From Desulfovibrio sp. (GTDB lineage Bacteria > Desulfobacterota > Desulfovibrionia > Desulfovibrionales > Desulfovibrionaceae), in the NCBI RefSeq assembly GCF_009712225.1, contig NZ_WASP01000019.1, positions 44,770 through 108,769 of the forward strand: a stretch of DNA of 64,000 nt. The letters run 5' to 3'. The translations under genes and the position numbers were made by a program. Shown here piece by piece: positions 26,701 through 36,062 of the stretch. Under the pieces are notes generated by a model. It saw only the letters and a program-made list of their open reading frames with translations, did not search any database and was not told the DNA's origin. Each line of letters begins with the position of its first letter. Position 1 is the first letter of the stretch.

Positions 26701-27896
26701 GCGAAAACTCTTCGCCTTTCTGTTTTCCGCCTCTTGGTCCACGACTGGTTTTTTTTACGGGCGGCACGGCCCTGCGCGACCTGAGCCGCGAACTGATCCA
26801 CTACACGCATAATTCCGTACATCTGGTGACGCCCTTTGATTCCGGCGGCAGTTCTGCCGCCCTGCGGCGTTCATTTGCCATGCCCGCCGTGGGAGACATT
26901 CGTAACAGGTTGCTGGCCCTGGCCGACAGCGCTGTTGTGCCCGCCGCCGTCATGGCCTTCTGCGCCAGCAGATTGCCGGACAAAGGCGAAGAACATGCCG
27001 ATCCCGAGCCGCTGCGTGAGCATTTGCGAAGCATGGGCAGTGAATCGCACCCCGTGTGGGCAGACATGCCCCCCCTGTTTGCCGATGCGCTACGCCTGCA
27101 CTTCAAGTTCTTTTTGCAGCGCATGCCAGACGATTTTGATCCTTTCAGGGCCTGTATGGGCAATCTGATTCTGGCGGGCGGATATCTGCACCACAAGCGC
27201 GTTTTTGGGCCTGTAATGGCATTTCTGAGCCGCCTGTTGCAGACGCGCGGAGTGGTTTTGCCCATTGTGAGCGAGAGCCTGCACCTGGCGGCAGAGCTTG
27301 AAGACGGCTCGGTTGTGGTGGGGCAGCACCACTTCAAAAATCTGAGCGTTGCCGTGCGGCGGCTGTTTTTGACCGTGCACGAGCCGGACCGTAATCAGGA
27401 CGGATCAAAAAAGCCGCAAACACCGTGCCGCCCGCCGCTTGCGCCAGCATCTGCGGCCTATCTGAGGTCTGCGGGGGCCATCTGTTACCCCATGGGCAGT
27501 TTTTACACCAGCGTGCTGGCCAATCTGCTGCCTCAAAACGTGGGCAAGTGCATTGCCGGAATTTCGTGTCCCAAAATTTTTATTCCCAACACTGGTACAG
27601 ACGCTGAACTGCACGGTCTTACGGTGTCGGGGCAGGCGGCCATGATTTTGCGCCATTTGCGCGAAGACGCGCCCGACGCGCCGGGTGAAGCCCTGCTGCA
27701 TGACGTGCTGGTCGATACCCGGCATGGCCGTTATGAGGGCGGGCTTGATACAGACGAACGCGCGGCTCTGGCCCGCATGGGCGTGCGGCTGGTGGAAAAG
27801 GATCTGGTGAATGAAAATGATCCTCAGAGACATGTGCCGGAACTAACCGCCAAAGCCCTGCTGGAGCTCGTGCCCGGCAGTTCGGTGACCCTGTGA
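26697..27896 (+). CDS. CofD/YvcK-like (UPF0052) family protein
   Basis: The GTG start at 26697 overlaps the upstream stop (GTGA). N-terminal FFTGGTALRDLS...VTPFDSGGSSAALR...GDIRNRL resembles the CofD/YvcK nucleotide-binding N-terminus. Confidence 0.7.
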   Translation: MSENSSPFCFPPLGPRLVFFTGGTALRDLSRELIHYTHNSVHLVTPFDSGGSSAALRRSFAMPAVGDIRNRLLALADSAVVPAAVMAFCASRLPDKGEEHADPEPLREHLRSMGSESHPVWADMPPLFADALRLHFKFFLQRMPDDFDPFRACMGNLILAGGYLHHKRVFGPVMAFLSRLLQTRGVVLPIVSESLHLAAELEDGSVVVGQHHFKNLSVAVRRLFLTVHEPDRNQDGSKKPQTPCRPPLAPASAAYLRSAGAICYPMGSFYTSVLANLLPQNVGKCIAGISCPKIFIPNTGTDAELHGLTVSGQAAMILRHLREDAPDAPGEALLHDVLVDTRHGRYEGGLDTDERAALARMGVRLVEKDLVNENDPQRHVPELTAKALLELVPGSSVTL

Positions 27897-29023
27897 ACAA
27901 CGACATCTCACATACAGAACCCGCCTCTTCCAAATTTGCATCAGGCCAGTTTGAGGCAGAAAGTCAGGGAATGACTGGCCAGCGGCTTGATTTTTCCCTG
28001 AGCGTGCTCTTGCCGCACATGGGCCTGCGTGGTCGTAAGCGCTGCATTGAAAACGGACTGGTGCGGGTAAATGGCCGCGTCTGCACAGCGGCGCAACGCC
28101 TGCGCAAGGGCGATGTGGTTGTACTGCAGGAGGCCGCGCAGGAAGTGGCGCAAGATTCAACGCAGCAGACCGCTCCCGTGCGGGGGGAACAGGTGGAAGC
28201 CTGCGGACAGGCCGCCGCATGCGCCCCCGGAATGGACAGCGACCAGTGCGAGCCGCGTCTTCTGGGCGTACAGGGTGATCTGTGCTTTTTTTTCAAACCA
28301 GCAGGGTTGCACACGGCCGCGCTGGTGGGCGGCACCGCTCCCAGTCTTGAGGGTATGCTGCCGCAACTTTTGCGGGGCAGGGGCGCGCACACCGGGCGTG
28401 CAGAAAGTGCCTCGGGGGCAGCGGCGTCTCCAATCCCACAGCTGCTCCAGCGGCTTGACCACGGTACATCGGGGCTTGTGTGCGGGGCCTTCAGCCTTGA
28501 AGCAGCGGATGACTTTCGGCGGTTCGAAGCCGGTGGCCACTGTGAAAAGCGCTATGTGGCCCTGCTGGCAGGGCGGCTTGAGGAAGATTTTACGGTCAGG
28601 CGGGCCTTGCGCACAGACAAGCGCAACAAAAGCCGTGTGCTGGAGTGTGACACTGGCCGTACACGCTGGACGGAATTTTTGCCCCTGTACTACTTTGACG
28701 GGCCAGAGTTGAACCTGCCCGCGTTTACCGAAGATTCACAGTTCCACCGCGTGGGTCTGACCCTCGCGGGCTGCCGCATCCGCCGCGGCGCGCGACACCA
28801 GATACGCGCCCACGCGGCCTCTTTCGGGCATCCTTTGTGGAATGACCCCCTTTACGGTTTCGCCAGCCCCGATGATGACTCTGGCGCGGATTCCCCGGTA
28901 TTTTTTCTGCATCATGGCTGCCTGACCCTGCCGGGAGCAACCTGTGTGGTGCCGCCCCCCTGGACGTTTTTGCCAGAACCAGCCGCACTTCGCGCGATGG
29001 AGTGGCTCGACACGGGTTACTGA
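27893..29023 (+). CDS. RluA-family pseudouridine synthase with an S4-like N-terminus and an internal insertion
   Basis: The GTG start at 27893 overlaps the upstream stop (GTGA). Catalytic motif LQRLDHGTSGLV and RHQIRAHAAS.GHPLWNDPLYG. Confidence 0.85.
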   Translation: MNNDISHTEPASSKFASGQFEAESQGMTGQRLDFSLSVLLPHMGLRGRKRCIENGLVRVNGRVCTAAQRLRKGDVVVLQEAAQEVAQDSTQQTAPVRGEQVEACGQAAACAPGMDSDQCEPRLLGVQGDLCFFFKPAGLHTAALVGGTAPSLEGMLPQLLRGRGAHTGRAESASGAAASPIPQLLQRLDHGTSGLVCGAFSLEAADDFRRFEAGGHCEKRYVALLAGRLEEDFTVRRALRTDKRNKSRVLECDTGRTRWTEFLPLYYFDGPELNLPAFTEDSQFHRVGLTLAGCRIRRGARHQIRAHAASFGHPLWNDPLYGFASPDDDSGADSPVFFLHHGCLTLPGATCVVPPPWTFLPEPAALRAMEWLDTGY

Positions 29024-29389
29024 TAGCGTTCGGCAGCAGAGGCGGGAGGTTATGGGTTTTTGGGGCACAAGGCTTGTTTTAGCTATGGATTGATTGCTCA
29101 ATCCGTTGATTGTCAAGTGGCCAAAAACCTGCGGTTGCAGCCAAAAAAACGCAAAAATCACTTCTCATAACATACTATCATGATTTGATTTATTTTTGAA
29201 AAGTTGAAAAGTTTAATTTGCCCCCGTGTTTTCTCTTGGCACAAAGTTCTGGCCGGTATAAATGGATTAGGTCAAACAGGATGGCGAAGCAGTGTTGTAT
29301 TCGCCACGGCTGAGCAGCGCAGGTCGCCTGTGCGGAGCAGCTGCTATTCGTTGGCGCCCTGCGCCCGCAACCCGTTTTAAGGAGAAGGG

Positions 29390-30019
29390 ATGTTTCCTGC
29401 TCTATTGCCCAAATCCGCACCGTTTTTTTCCATGCTGACAGAGCAGAATGATCTGCTGCGCCGCATGGCCGCCCTGCTGGTAAACATGCTGGAAGACGTT
29501 TCCAACATGGACCACGTGCACAAGGAAATCGCCTTTCTGGAAGAAGAGGCCGACCTGCTGCACAGCAAGATCATCCGGGCACTTTCGCAGACATTCATCA
29601 CGCCCATTGACCGCGAGGACATCCTGCGTATCAACCAGGAACAGGAAGAGTGCATGGACTGCCTGCACAGCCTGAGCACGCGGTTGCATATTTTTGAATT
29701 CGCCTCCATCCGTTTTCCTGCCCTGCAAATGGCGCGCACCATCAGTGCCATGCTTGACCTTACCCGTGAAATGCTTGAGGGCCTGGCCAGCAGGCGTGAT
29801 TGCCACAAAACCCGTGCCTTCCGTACCCTGCGCAGCGAATGCGACATGGTGCTGGCCGTAGGCCTGGCAGAATTGATGGACGAGCATCAGGAACTTACAA
29901 GCAAGGCTCTCATGCGGGTGCTCAAATGGAGCCAGGCGTACGAGCGCATGAACATTCTGCTTGAGCAGGTCAATGCCCTGGCGGAAACCATTGAGGAAGC
30001 GGTGCTGAAAAATGTTTGA
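29390..30019 (+). CDS. DUF47 / PhoU-like phosphate-transport regulator associated with Pit
   Basis: GGAGAAGG RBS. Helical protein with EADLLHSKIIRAL..TPIDREDI motifs. 8-nt overlap with the pit gene. Confidence 0.85.
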   Translation: MFPALLPKSAPFFSMLTEQNDLLRRMAALLVNMLEDVSNMDHVHKEIAFLEEEADLLHSKIIRALSQTFITPIDREDILRINQEQEECMDCLHSLSTRLHIFEFASIRFPALQMARTISAMLDLTREMLEGLASRRDCHKTRAFRTLRSECDMVLAVGLAELMDEHQELTSKALMRVLKWSQAYERMNILLEQVNALAETIEEAVLKNV

Positions 30020-31016
30020 TATCCCCGTGCTGCTGGCGCTCATTGTGCTGGTGGCCCTGGTGTTCGACTTCACCAACGGCGCGCACGACTGCGCCAATGC
30101 CATTGCCACCGTGGTTTCCACCAAGGTGGTCACGCCGCGCTTTGCGGTGGGGGCAGCGGCCTTGCTGAATCTCGGCGGGGCGTTGCTGGGTACGGAAGTG
30201 GCCAAAACCCTTGGCAGCGGTATTGTCTTGCCGCAGGTTGTTGAGGGCAGCCATGTTCTCGTGCTGGCGGCACTGGTGGGGGCTATCAGCTGGAACTGTA
30301 TTACCTGGTATTTCGGCATCCCCTCGTCATCGTCGCACGCACTTATTGGCGGGCTGATCGGCGCGGCAGTGGCCGATGCGGGCTTCGGTGCTCTCAACGG
30401 CAAGGGCATCTGGGACAAGGTGCTTGTGCCTCTCGTAGCTTCGCCCATGGCCGGTTATGTGATGGGTTTTGGCTGCATGTGGCTTATTTACTGGATCTGC
30501 GGGCGCATTCACCGGCGTACGGTCAACGCCTCGTTCCGGCGTTTGCAGCTTGTGTCTGCCGCCTTTATGGCCACAAGCCACGGCCTCAACGACGCGCAAA
30601 AGACCATGGGTATTGTCACGCTCGCCCTGCTGATTTTTGGCAAGATCGACACCGTGGAAGTGCCCATGTGGGTCAAGCTTTCCTGCGCGGGTGCCATGGC
30701 TCTGGGCACTGCCGTAGGCGGCTGGAAGATTGTCAAAACCATGGGGCACCGTATCTTCAAACTTGAGCCGGTGCACGGTTTTGCGGCTGAAAGTGCCGCT
30801 GCCATGGTAATTACCGGGGCCTCGCTCATGGGCGCGCCGGTCAGCACCACGCACACCATCTCGGCCTGCATTTTTGGCGTGGGTTCCACCAAGCGGCTTT
30901 CGGCCGTGCGCTGGAATGTGGCCGCCAATCTGGTGACGGCGTGGGTGCTCACCCTGCCCGCTGCGGCGGGTATTGGCTACATCTCTTACTGGCTGCTGCA
31001 CTTTATCTGGAACTGA
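30012..31016 (+). CDS. Inorganic phosphate transporter, PiT family
   Basis: FDFTNGAHDCANAIAT and C-terminal GAPVSTTHTISACIFGVG duplicated PiT signatures. Polytopic membrane protein. Confidence 0.93.
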   Translation: MFDIPVLLALIVLVALVFDFTNGAHDCANAIATVVSTKVVTPRFAVGAAALLNLGGALLGTEVAKTLGSGIVLPQVVEGSHVLVLAALVGAISWNCITWYFGIPSSSSHALIGGLIGAAVADAGFGALNGKGIWDKVLVPLVASPMAGYVMGFGCMWLIYWICGRIHRRTVNASFRRLQLVSAAFMATSHGLNDAQKTMGIVTLALLIFGKIDTVEVPMWVKLSCAGAMALGTAVGGWKIVKTMGHRIFKLEPVHGFAAESAAAMVITGASLMGAPVSTTHTISACIFGVGSTKRLSAVRWNVAANLVTAWVLTLPAAAGIGYISYWLLHFIWN

Positions 31017-31059
31017 CCCCGGTCAGTTCGCCTGCGCTGTAGTCTGCGTGCTGATTATG

Positions 31060-31095
31060 CGCCCTGTCCGAAATTTGCGGGCAGGGCGTTTTTTT
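31060..31095 (+). terminator. Rho-independent terminator after pit
   Basis: cgccctgtccg..cgggcagggcg followed by ttttttt. Confidence 0.8.
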
Positions 31096-31181
31096 GCGCA
31101 AGGAGTGGCCGTTGGCCGTAATGAGGACGGCTAGAGCCGTGAAGAAGCCAGGTACTGATTTTTGCAGCCTGATTATGGGCG

Positions 31182-31211
31182 AAAAAAAAGGCCCTGCCGT
31201 CTGGCAGGCCC
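31182..31211 (-). terminator. Rho-independent terminator after the TraR/DksA-family gene
   Basis: GC stem ggcctgcc/ggcagggcc-like with one bulge, followed on the minus strand by 8 T. Confidence 0.6.
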
Positions 31212-31402
31212 TGGGGGCGTGGTAAGCCGGTTGCGCGGAGCAAGGGCGTGCGTAGACGGTTGGGCTTGTGCCTGAAGCCAGCAGCCTGTGCAGCAATGCC
31301 GCGCAGGTATGCCCGGTTTGGGGGCTGGTGAGCTGTCAGGGCACGGAACCCCAAATGTCGCGGCCATCAATGCTGGGCCAGTGGCACGTCAGCGCGGGCT
31401 GT

Positions 31403-31624
31403 CTAGTCGCGGCTGCCTTCGCGCTCTTCCTGGCAGGCGCGGCACAGGCCGACACCGGGCAGAGCTTCAAGGCGCTTGGCGGGGATGGGGTCGCCGCATT
31501 CACGGCAGCAGGCCACGCCGTTGATCCATTCGGGGCCGCCACGGTCCACTGCGGCACGCGCACGCATGAGGGCCGATTCGCGGTCAAGACGCTCCAGTTC
31601 GGTAGCCTGGTCAAAAACGTCCAT
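31403..31624 (-). CDS. TraR/DksA-family C4 zinc-finger protein
   Basis: 73 aa with CCRECGDPIP..(17)..CRACQ four-Cys finger. AAGGAG RBS. Confidence 0.85.
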   Translation of the reverse strand: MDVFDQATELERLDRESALMRARAAVDRGGPEWINGVACCRECGDPIPAKRLEALPGVGLCRACQEEREGSRD

Positions 31625-31650
31625 TTTTTCAACTCCTTGTGTAAAGCAAG

Positions 31651-31689
31651 CGGCAACCCCGCAGAGCGGGGTTGCCGTATGTTTTTGCA
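31651..31689. terminator. 12-bp perfect hairpin terminator (serves argD; possibly bidirectional)
   Basis: cggcaaccccgc-aga-gcggggttgccg, followed by tatgttttt on the plus strand and cttgcttt on the minus strand. Confidence 0.7.
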
Positions 31690-31757
31690 GAATATTTCAG
31701 GAAGCACTTTTTAGTGTACAATTGTGCTTCTGTAAAGCCCCGTGGAGGGCGATTTTT

Positions 31758-32957
31758 TTAAAAAGCCTTCAGGATATCCTCAAGCGTGGCCACAAAACCA
31801 TCCAGATCAGCCTGGTCGATGTTCAGCGGCGGCAAAAGGCGCAGGGTCACGCCGTGGCTCAGGTTGCATATGTAGCCCCGGCGCAGCAATTCTTCCCACA
31901 CATCCTTGCCCGAAACAGTCAGCTCGATGCCCAGCATGAGGCCCAGCCCGCGTACCTCGCGGATTTTGCCGGGTACGCGCTGCTGCAGTGCGGCCAGCTG
32001 TTCCTTCATGTGTTCGCCAAGCGCTCCTGCACGTTCGGACAGGTGGTCGCGCAGCATGATTTCCACGGTTTTGGCCGCAACGGCAGAAACAAGCGCGCCG
32101 CCGCCAAAGGTGGTGGCGTGGCTGCCAGCTTCAAAGCCCTGCGCAACTTCGTCTGTCGCCAGCATGGCACCCATGGGCAGGCCGTTGGCCAGCGACTTGG
32201 CCATGCTGATGATGTCGGGCGTGAGGCCGTAGTTCTGGAATGCCCAGAACTTGCCGGTGCGGCACAAACCCGCCTGAACTTCGTCGCACATCAGCAGTAT
32301 GTCGTGCTTGCGGCACAGGGCCTCAACGCCGTGCAGGTAGTCTGCGGGCAGGGGCACAATGCCGCCTTCGCCCTGGACCACTTCAACCAGCACCGCGGCC
32401 GTGGCCGGGGTGATGGCAGCTTCAAGCGCTGCCAGATCGCAGGCCGGAACCTGCTTGAAGCCTTCTGGCAGGGGGGTGAAGCCCTGGCTCAGGCTTTCGC
32501 GTCCGGTGGCTGCCAGCGCGCCCAGGGTACGGCCATGAAAGCAGCCGCCCAGGGTGATGATTTCATAGGCATCGCGCTTTTTCACGCTGCGCATGTAGCG
32601 ACGCGCCAGCTTGATGCAGGCCTCGTTGGCTTCTGCGCCAGAATTGCAGAAAAAGGCCTTGCCGTGGTGGCCGGTGGAGAGCAGCAGCGTTGCCAGCTCC
32701 AGCTGTTCTTCCTGATAAAACAGGTTGCTCACGTGCCAGAGCTTGCGGGCCTGGGTTTCCAGAGCCGCACAGATTTCATCATTGCAGTGCCCAAGAGCTG
32801 TTACGGCAATGCCAGCCAGCAGGTCGACATATTCCTTGCCGTCCACGTCCCAGAGTCGCGAGCCCTTGCCTCGGACGATAGCCAGCGGGTAACGGCTGTA
32901 GGAACGGCAGAGCAGGCTCTCTTCCCCGGCTTTCACGGCGGCAAAAGCTTGTGACAT
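31758..32957 (-). CDS. argD: Acetylornithine aminotransferase
   Basis: The track start at 32963 is TTG; the ATG at 32957 has AAGGAG 7 nt upstream. Class-III aminotransferase motifs (FFCNSGAEANE, DEVQAGLCRTG, MAKSLANG with the PLP Lys). Confidence 0.92.
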   Translation of the reverse strand: MSQAFAAVKAGEESLLCRSYSRYPLAIVRGKGSRLWDVDGKEYVDLLAGIAVTALGHCNDEICAALETQARKLWHVSNLFYQEEQLELATLLLSTGHHGKAFFCNSGAEANEACIKLARRYMRSVKKRDAYEIITLGGCFHGRTLGALAATGRESLSQGFTPLPEGFKQVPACDLAALEAAITPATAAVLVEVVQGEGGIVPLPADYLHGVEALCRKHDILLMCDEVQAGLCRTGKFWAFQNYGLTPDIISMAKSLANGLPMGAMLATDEVAQGFEAGSHATTFGGGALVSAVAAKTVEIMLRDHLSERAGALGEHMKEQLAALQQRVPGKIREVRGLGLMLGIELTVSGKDVWEELLRRGYICNLSHGVTLRLLPPLNIDQADLDGFVATLEDILKAF

Positions 32958-33031
32958 GGACAAACTCCTTCTCGGTGAACGTATGAATGGTGGAATGGAT
33001 GAAAGACACCGGCGGTGGCCAGTGCAGAGTA

Positions 33032-33556
33032 TCAGCGCCCGGTGTGACCGAAACCGCCGGAACCGCGCTCTGTAGCAGACAGTTCCGAAACTTCACGCCA
33101 TCGGGGTCGCACGTAGGGCTGAAAAATAAGCTGGGCCACGCGCTCTCCGTTTTGGATACGTCGCTCGTGACCAGAGGTGTTCAGAAGGAACACCAGAATT
33201 TCACCGGTATAGTCCGGGTCGATGATGCCAACACCCTGAGCCACGGTGATGCCGTCGCGCGCTCCAAGGCCGCTGCGTGAGTAGACAAAACCGGCAATGC
33301 CAGCGGCGCGGGGTTGCACGCTTATGCCCGTGCGTACCTTGAGCCTGCCCCCGACGGGGATAACAGCATCAGGACCCTCAAGGCAGGCGCGCAGGTCCAT
33401 ACCTGCCGACTGGCTGGTGGCAGGGGCCAGAAAGTCGTCCTGCCCCTGAGCGTAGAGCTCACGCGCACCTGCGCGCACAAAGGCAATGTCCACGGGGGCC
33501 ATGCCTGTTTCGTGCGCCTGGTTGGCGGTGTGCTGTGCTGAAAGATCGTCGTGCAT
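33032..33556 (-). CDS. dut: dUTP diphosphatase
   Basis: Motifs SRSGLG, GIIDPDYTGE and C-terminal RGSGGFGHTG. The true start may be the internal ATG at 33502. Confidence 0.9.
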   Translation of the reverse strand: MHDDLSAQHTANQAHETGMAPVDIAFVRAGARELYAQGQDDFLAPATSQSAGMDLRACLEGPDAVIPVGGRLKVRTGISVQPRAAGIAGFVYSRSGLGARDGITVAQGVGIIDPDYTGEILVFLLNTSGHERRIQNGERVAQLIFQPYVRPRWREVSELSATERGSGGFGHTGR

Positions 33557-33716
33557 CAGTTGTTAGTAGCGCAGGTTTTCAGCGGGGGCAAGCGCGGTGT
33601 TGAGGCCAGAAGTCGTTGACGGCCAGTGGCGGCCAGTATAAAAATAGATATTCACAAACAACTAACAGGGATGCTGGATGAACACTTATAAGGATTCTGC
33701 CTGTTGTGCTTAGCAG

Positions 33717-33756
33717 GGGCTATTGCATAACAGCTTGAATGTTTAGGCAATAGCCC
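33717..33756. promoter_or_regulatory. 10-bp perfect inverted repeat upstream of the CD3324-family gene
   Basis: GGGCTATTGC (33717-33726), N20, GCAATAGCCC (33747-33756). Ends 36 nt before the ATG at 33793. Confidence 0.4.
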
Positions 33757-33792
33757 TTGCTCCGTCCTGAATTGTCAGCAGGAGGAAGCACC

Positions 33793-34077
33793 ATGGGCTA
33801 TAAAAAGGCCACACATGTTTTGCCGCAGCATCTGCTGCAGGCCATACAGGAATATGTTGACGGGGAGTACCTGTACATTCCCCGTAAGGAAGAAAACAGA
33901 AAGCAGTGGGGCGAGGTTGCCCCCTGCCGTGCGCAACGTGCGGCCAGAAACCGCGAAATGGTCGCGTGCCGCAATGCGGGCTGGACTGTTCCGCAACTGG
34001 CGGAGCGGTATTTTCTTTCGGAAAAAGCGGTTTACAAGATTCTTGCACGTTGTGGGCAAGCCGACAGGGCTGGCTGA
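33793..34077 (+). CDS. CD3324-family small helix-turn-helix protein (Mor-like)
   Basis: GGAGGA RBS. MGYKKATHVLPQHLLQAIQEYVDGEYLYIPRKEENRKQWGE...YFLSEKAVYKIL matches the family pattern. Confidence 0.8.
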   Translation: MGYKKATHVLPQHLLQAIQEYVDGEYLYIPRKEENRKQWGEVAPCRAQRAARNREMVACRNAGWTVPQLAERYFLSEKAVYKILARCGQADRAG

Positions 34078-34290
34078 TGCCGTGTCCATTGGCTCAGTAC
34101 GCGCAGAAATGTCAGAGCCGGATTATGCCAGCGCCCCGAGAGATCGGGGCGCTTTGCGTTTTTTTACAGGGGCTTTGCCATGCCGCGGGGCGGGTATTCT
34201 GCCATAACCATGCTGATGCTTTGCAGACTGTTGGGGCCAGCCCTTGCCAACAGCCGGGTTTTCTTACAAGCTGCGCGGCAAGGAGAATGT

Positions 34291-35658
34291 ATGCAAACCA
34301 TGTCCATAGCAGTGGTGGGCGGTGGCCTTGCCGGGTGCGAATGTGCCCTGTATCTGGCTCGCGCCGGTCACTCCGTAACCCTGTTTGAACAAAAGCCGGC
34401 CCACAGGTCGGCTGCCCATATCAGCGATCATCTGGCCGAACTTGTGTGTTCCAATTCACTGCGTTCAGACGAGCTTACCTCTGGCGTGGGTCTGCTCAAG
34501 GCCGAAATGCGTGCCCTTGGCAGCGATTTTATGGCGCTGGCCGACGCGCACCGCGTGCCTGCGGGCAAGGCGCTGGCCGTTGACCGCGAGGCCTTTGCCC
34601 GCGCCATGACGGAGCGCGTGGCAGGCCAAGCCAATATCACGCTGGTGCACCATCAGGTGGAATCGCTCGACGATCCCGTGCTTGCGCCTTTTTACGGCGA
34701 GGGCAGAGCAGTGGTGCTGGCCGCCGGGCCCATGGCCTCGGAAGGTATTTCCGCCTCGCTGGCCGAGACCCTGAGCGCCAGGCACTGTTATTTTTACGAT
34801 GCCATCGCGCCTATCGTGTGGACGCATTCCCTTAATATGGATGTCGTGTTCCGCGCCTCGCGCTACGGGCAGGAAAACGGCGAGGGCGAAGGCGAGGGCG
34901 ACTACCTCAACTGTCCCATGAGCCGCGATGAATACGACGCATTTTATGCAGCCCTGCTGGAAGCGCAGAAGGTTTCGCCCCACGAATTTGAGCAGGAAAA
35001 GCATTTTGAGGGCTGCATGCCCATCGAGGCACTTGCCGAGCGCGGCCCCCGCACGCTGACCTTTGGGCCGCTCAAGCCCGTGGGCTTTGTAGACCCGCGC
35101 ACGGGCCGCCGCCCGTGGGCAATTCTGCAATTGCGGGCTGAAAACGCCAACAGCGAAACCTGCAATCTCGTAGGCTGCCAGACCAAGCTCACCCAGGGCG
35201 AACAGGCCCGCGTGTTCCGGCTGGTTCCCGGTCTGGAGAACGCGGAATTCGCGCGTTTTGGCAGCATGCACCGCAATACCTATGTGAATGCGCCAGAGGT
35301 TCTTGCGCCCGATCTTTCCCTGCGGGCGCGCCCCGGCGTGTATCTGGCGGGGCAGATCACCGGCGTGGAAGGCTATGTGGAGTCTGCCGCCAGCGGCCTG
35401 TGGCTGGGCATGCTGCTTGACGCCCGTGCCCGTGGGCACGAGCTGCCCCCCCCGCCTGTGGAGAGCGCCCTTGGCGGTCTGCTCAACCACCTGCGTACGC
35501 CGGTCAAGCATTTTCAGCCGTCCAATGCGCACTTTGGTCTTGTGCCAGAGCTGGGCGAAAAGGCCCGCAAAAAAGACCGCAAGGCCCTGTATTCTGCCCG
35601 CGCGCAGGAATGCTTTGCCACGTGGCTGGCAGAACTGCGTCAGACTGGGGCTTTCTAG
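34291..35658 (+). CDS. trmFO: Methylenetetrahydrofolate--tRNA-(uracil54-C5)-methyltransferase TrmFO
   Basis: AAGGAGA RBS before the ATG at 34291. FAD motif VVGGGLAGCECA. Conserved LVCSNSLR and GQITGVEGYVES. Confidence 0.93.
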   Translation: MQTMSIAVVGGGLAGCECALYLARAGHSVTLFEQKPAHRSAAHISDHLAELVCSNSLRSDELTSGVGLLKAEMRALGSDFMALADAHRVPAGKALAVDREAFARAMTERVAGQANITLVHHQVESLDDPVLAPFYGEGRAVVLAAGPMASEGISASLAETLSARHCYFYDAIAPIVWTHSLNMDVVFRASRYGQENGEGEGEGDYLNCPMSRDEYDAFYAALLEAQKVSPHEFEQEKHFEGCMPIEALAERGPRTLTFGPLKPVGFVDPRTGRRPWAILQLRAENANSETCNLVGCQTKLTQGEQARVFRLVPGLENAEFARFGSMHRNTYVNAPEVLAPDLSLRARPGVYLAGQITGVEGYVESAASGLWLGMLLDARARGHELPPPPVESALGGLLNHLRTPVKHFQPSNAHFGLVPELGEKARKKDRKALYSARAQECFATWLAELRQTGAF

Positions 35659-35779
35659 TGCCCTGATCGGGTTTTTGGGGGCGGTGCGCCAGCCAAAAAT
35701 ATTGGGCGGAAAAACTGGCGGCTCAAGCGGTTTTGAAAGATTGTTTTGCAATAAATTGCGGCAATGTGACAAAAAAGTG

Positions 35780-35808
35780 TTGACGGGGGCATGGGGAGTA
35801 GCTATATA
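35780..35808 (+). promoter_or_regulatory. Sigma70-like promoter for tRNA-Val
   Basis: TTGACG (35780-35785), 17-nt spacer, TATATA (35803-35808). The tRNA begins 16 nt downstream. Confidence 0.6.
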
Positions 35809-35823
35809 GCCTCTTGCCCATGT

Positions 35824-35900
35824 AGGAGCGTAGCTCAGGTGGCTAGAGCACTTCCTTGACACGGAAGGGGTCAACAGTTCAAGTCTGTTCGTTCCTACCA
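35824..35900 (+). tRNA. tRNA-Val (anticodon GAC), CCA encoded
   Basis: Hand-folded cloverleaf: acceptor AGGAGCG/CGTTCCT (one G-T), D arm GCTC/GAGC, anticodon stem CTTCC/GGAAG with loop TTGACAC, T arm AACAG-TTCAAGT-CTGTT. Confidence 0.95.
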
Positions 35901-35998
35901 AATGACTCTTCGGGGATAGTTCCCCTTAACGGCGGAAGGCCTTGGCCCCGCCCATAGCACAGGTCGCAGCAAGCGACCCGAAGACCGGATTCGGCGCA

Positions 35999-36028
35999 GT
36001 GGGGAGGTTTACCTCCCCACTTTGTTTT
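35999..36028 (+). terminator. Rho-independent terminator after tRNA-Val
   Basis: gtggggagg-ttta-cctccccac followed by tttgtttt. Confidence 0.8.
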
Positions 36029-36062
36029 ATGTGCCTCCGGATGTTTTTGTAAGGAGTTTCTC

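Noticed and set aside
29237-29252. TGGCAC motif upstream of the DUF47-pit operon as a sigma54 promoter
   Set aside because: There is no TTGC/GC element at the required +12 spacing. The adjacent TATAAA looks more like a sigma70 -10 box, but the -35 match is poor, so no promoter is called.
34465-35901. 478-aa minus-strand ORF starting inside tRNA-Val (MVGTNRLELLTPSVSRKC...). The similar ORF at 62588-63181 runs through tRNA-Pro and tRNA-His.
   Set aside because: The N-terminal peptides are the typical translation of antisense tRNA sequence. The remainder is antisense to trmFO and murA.
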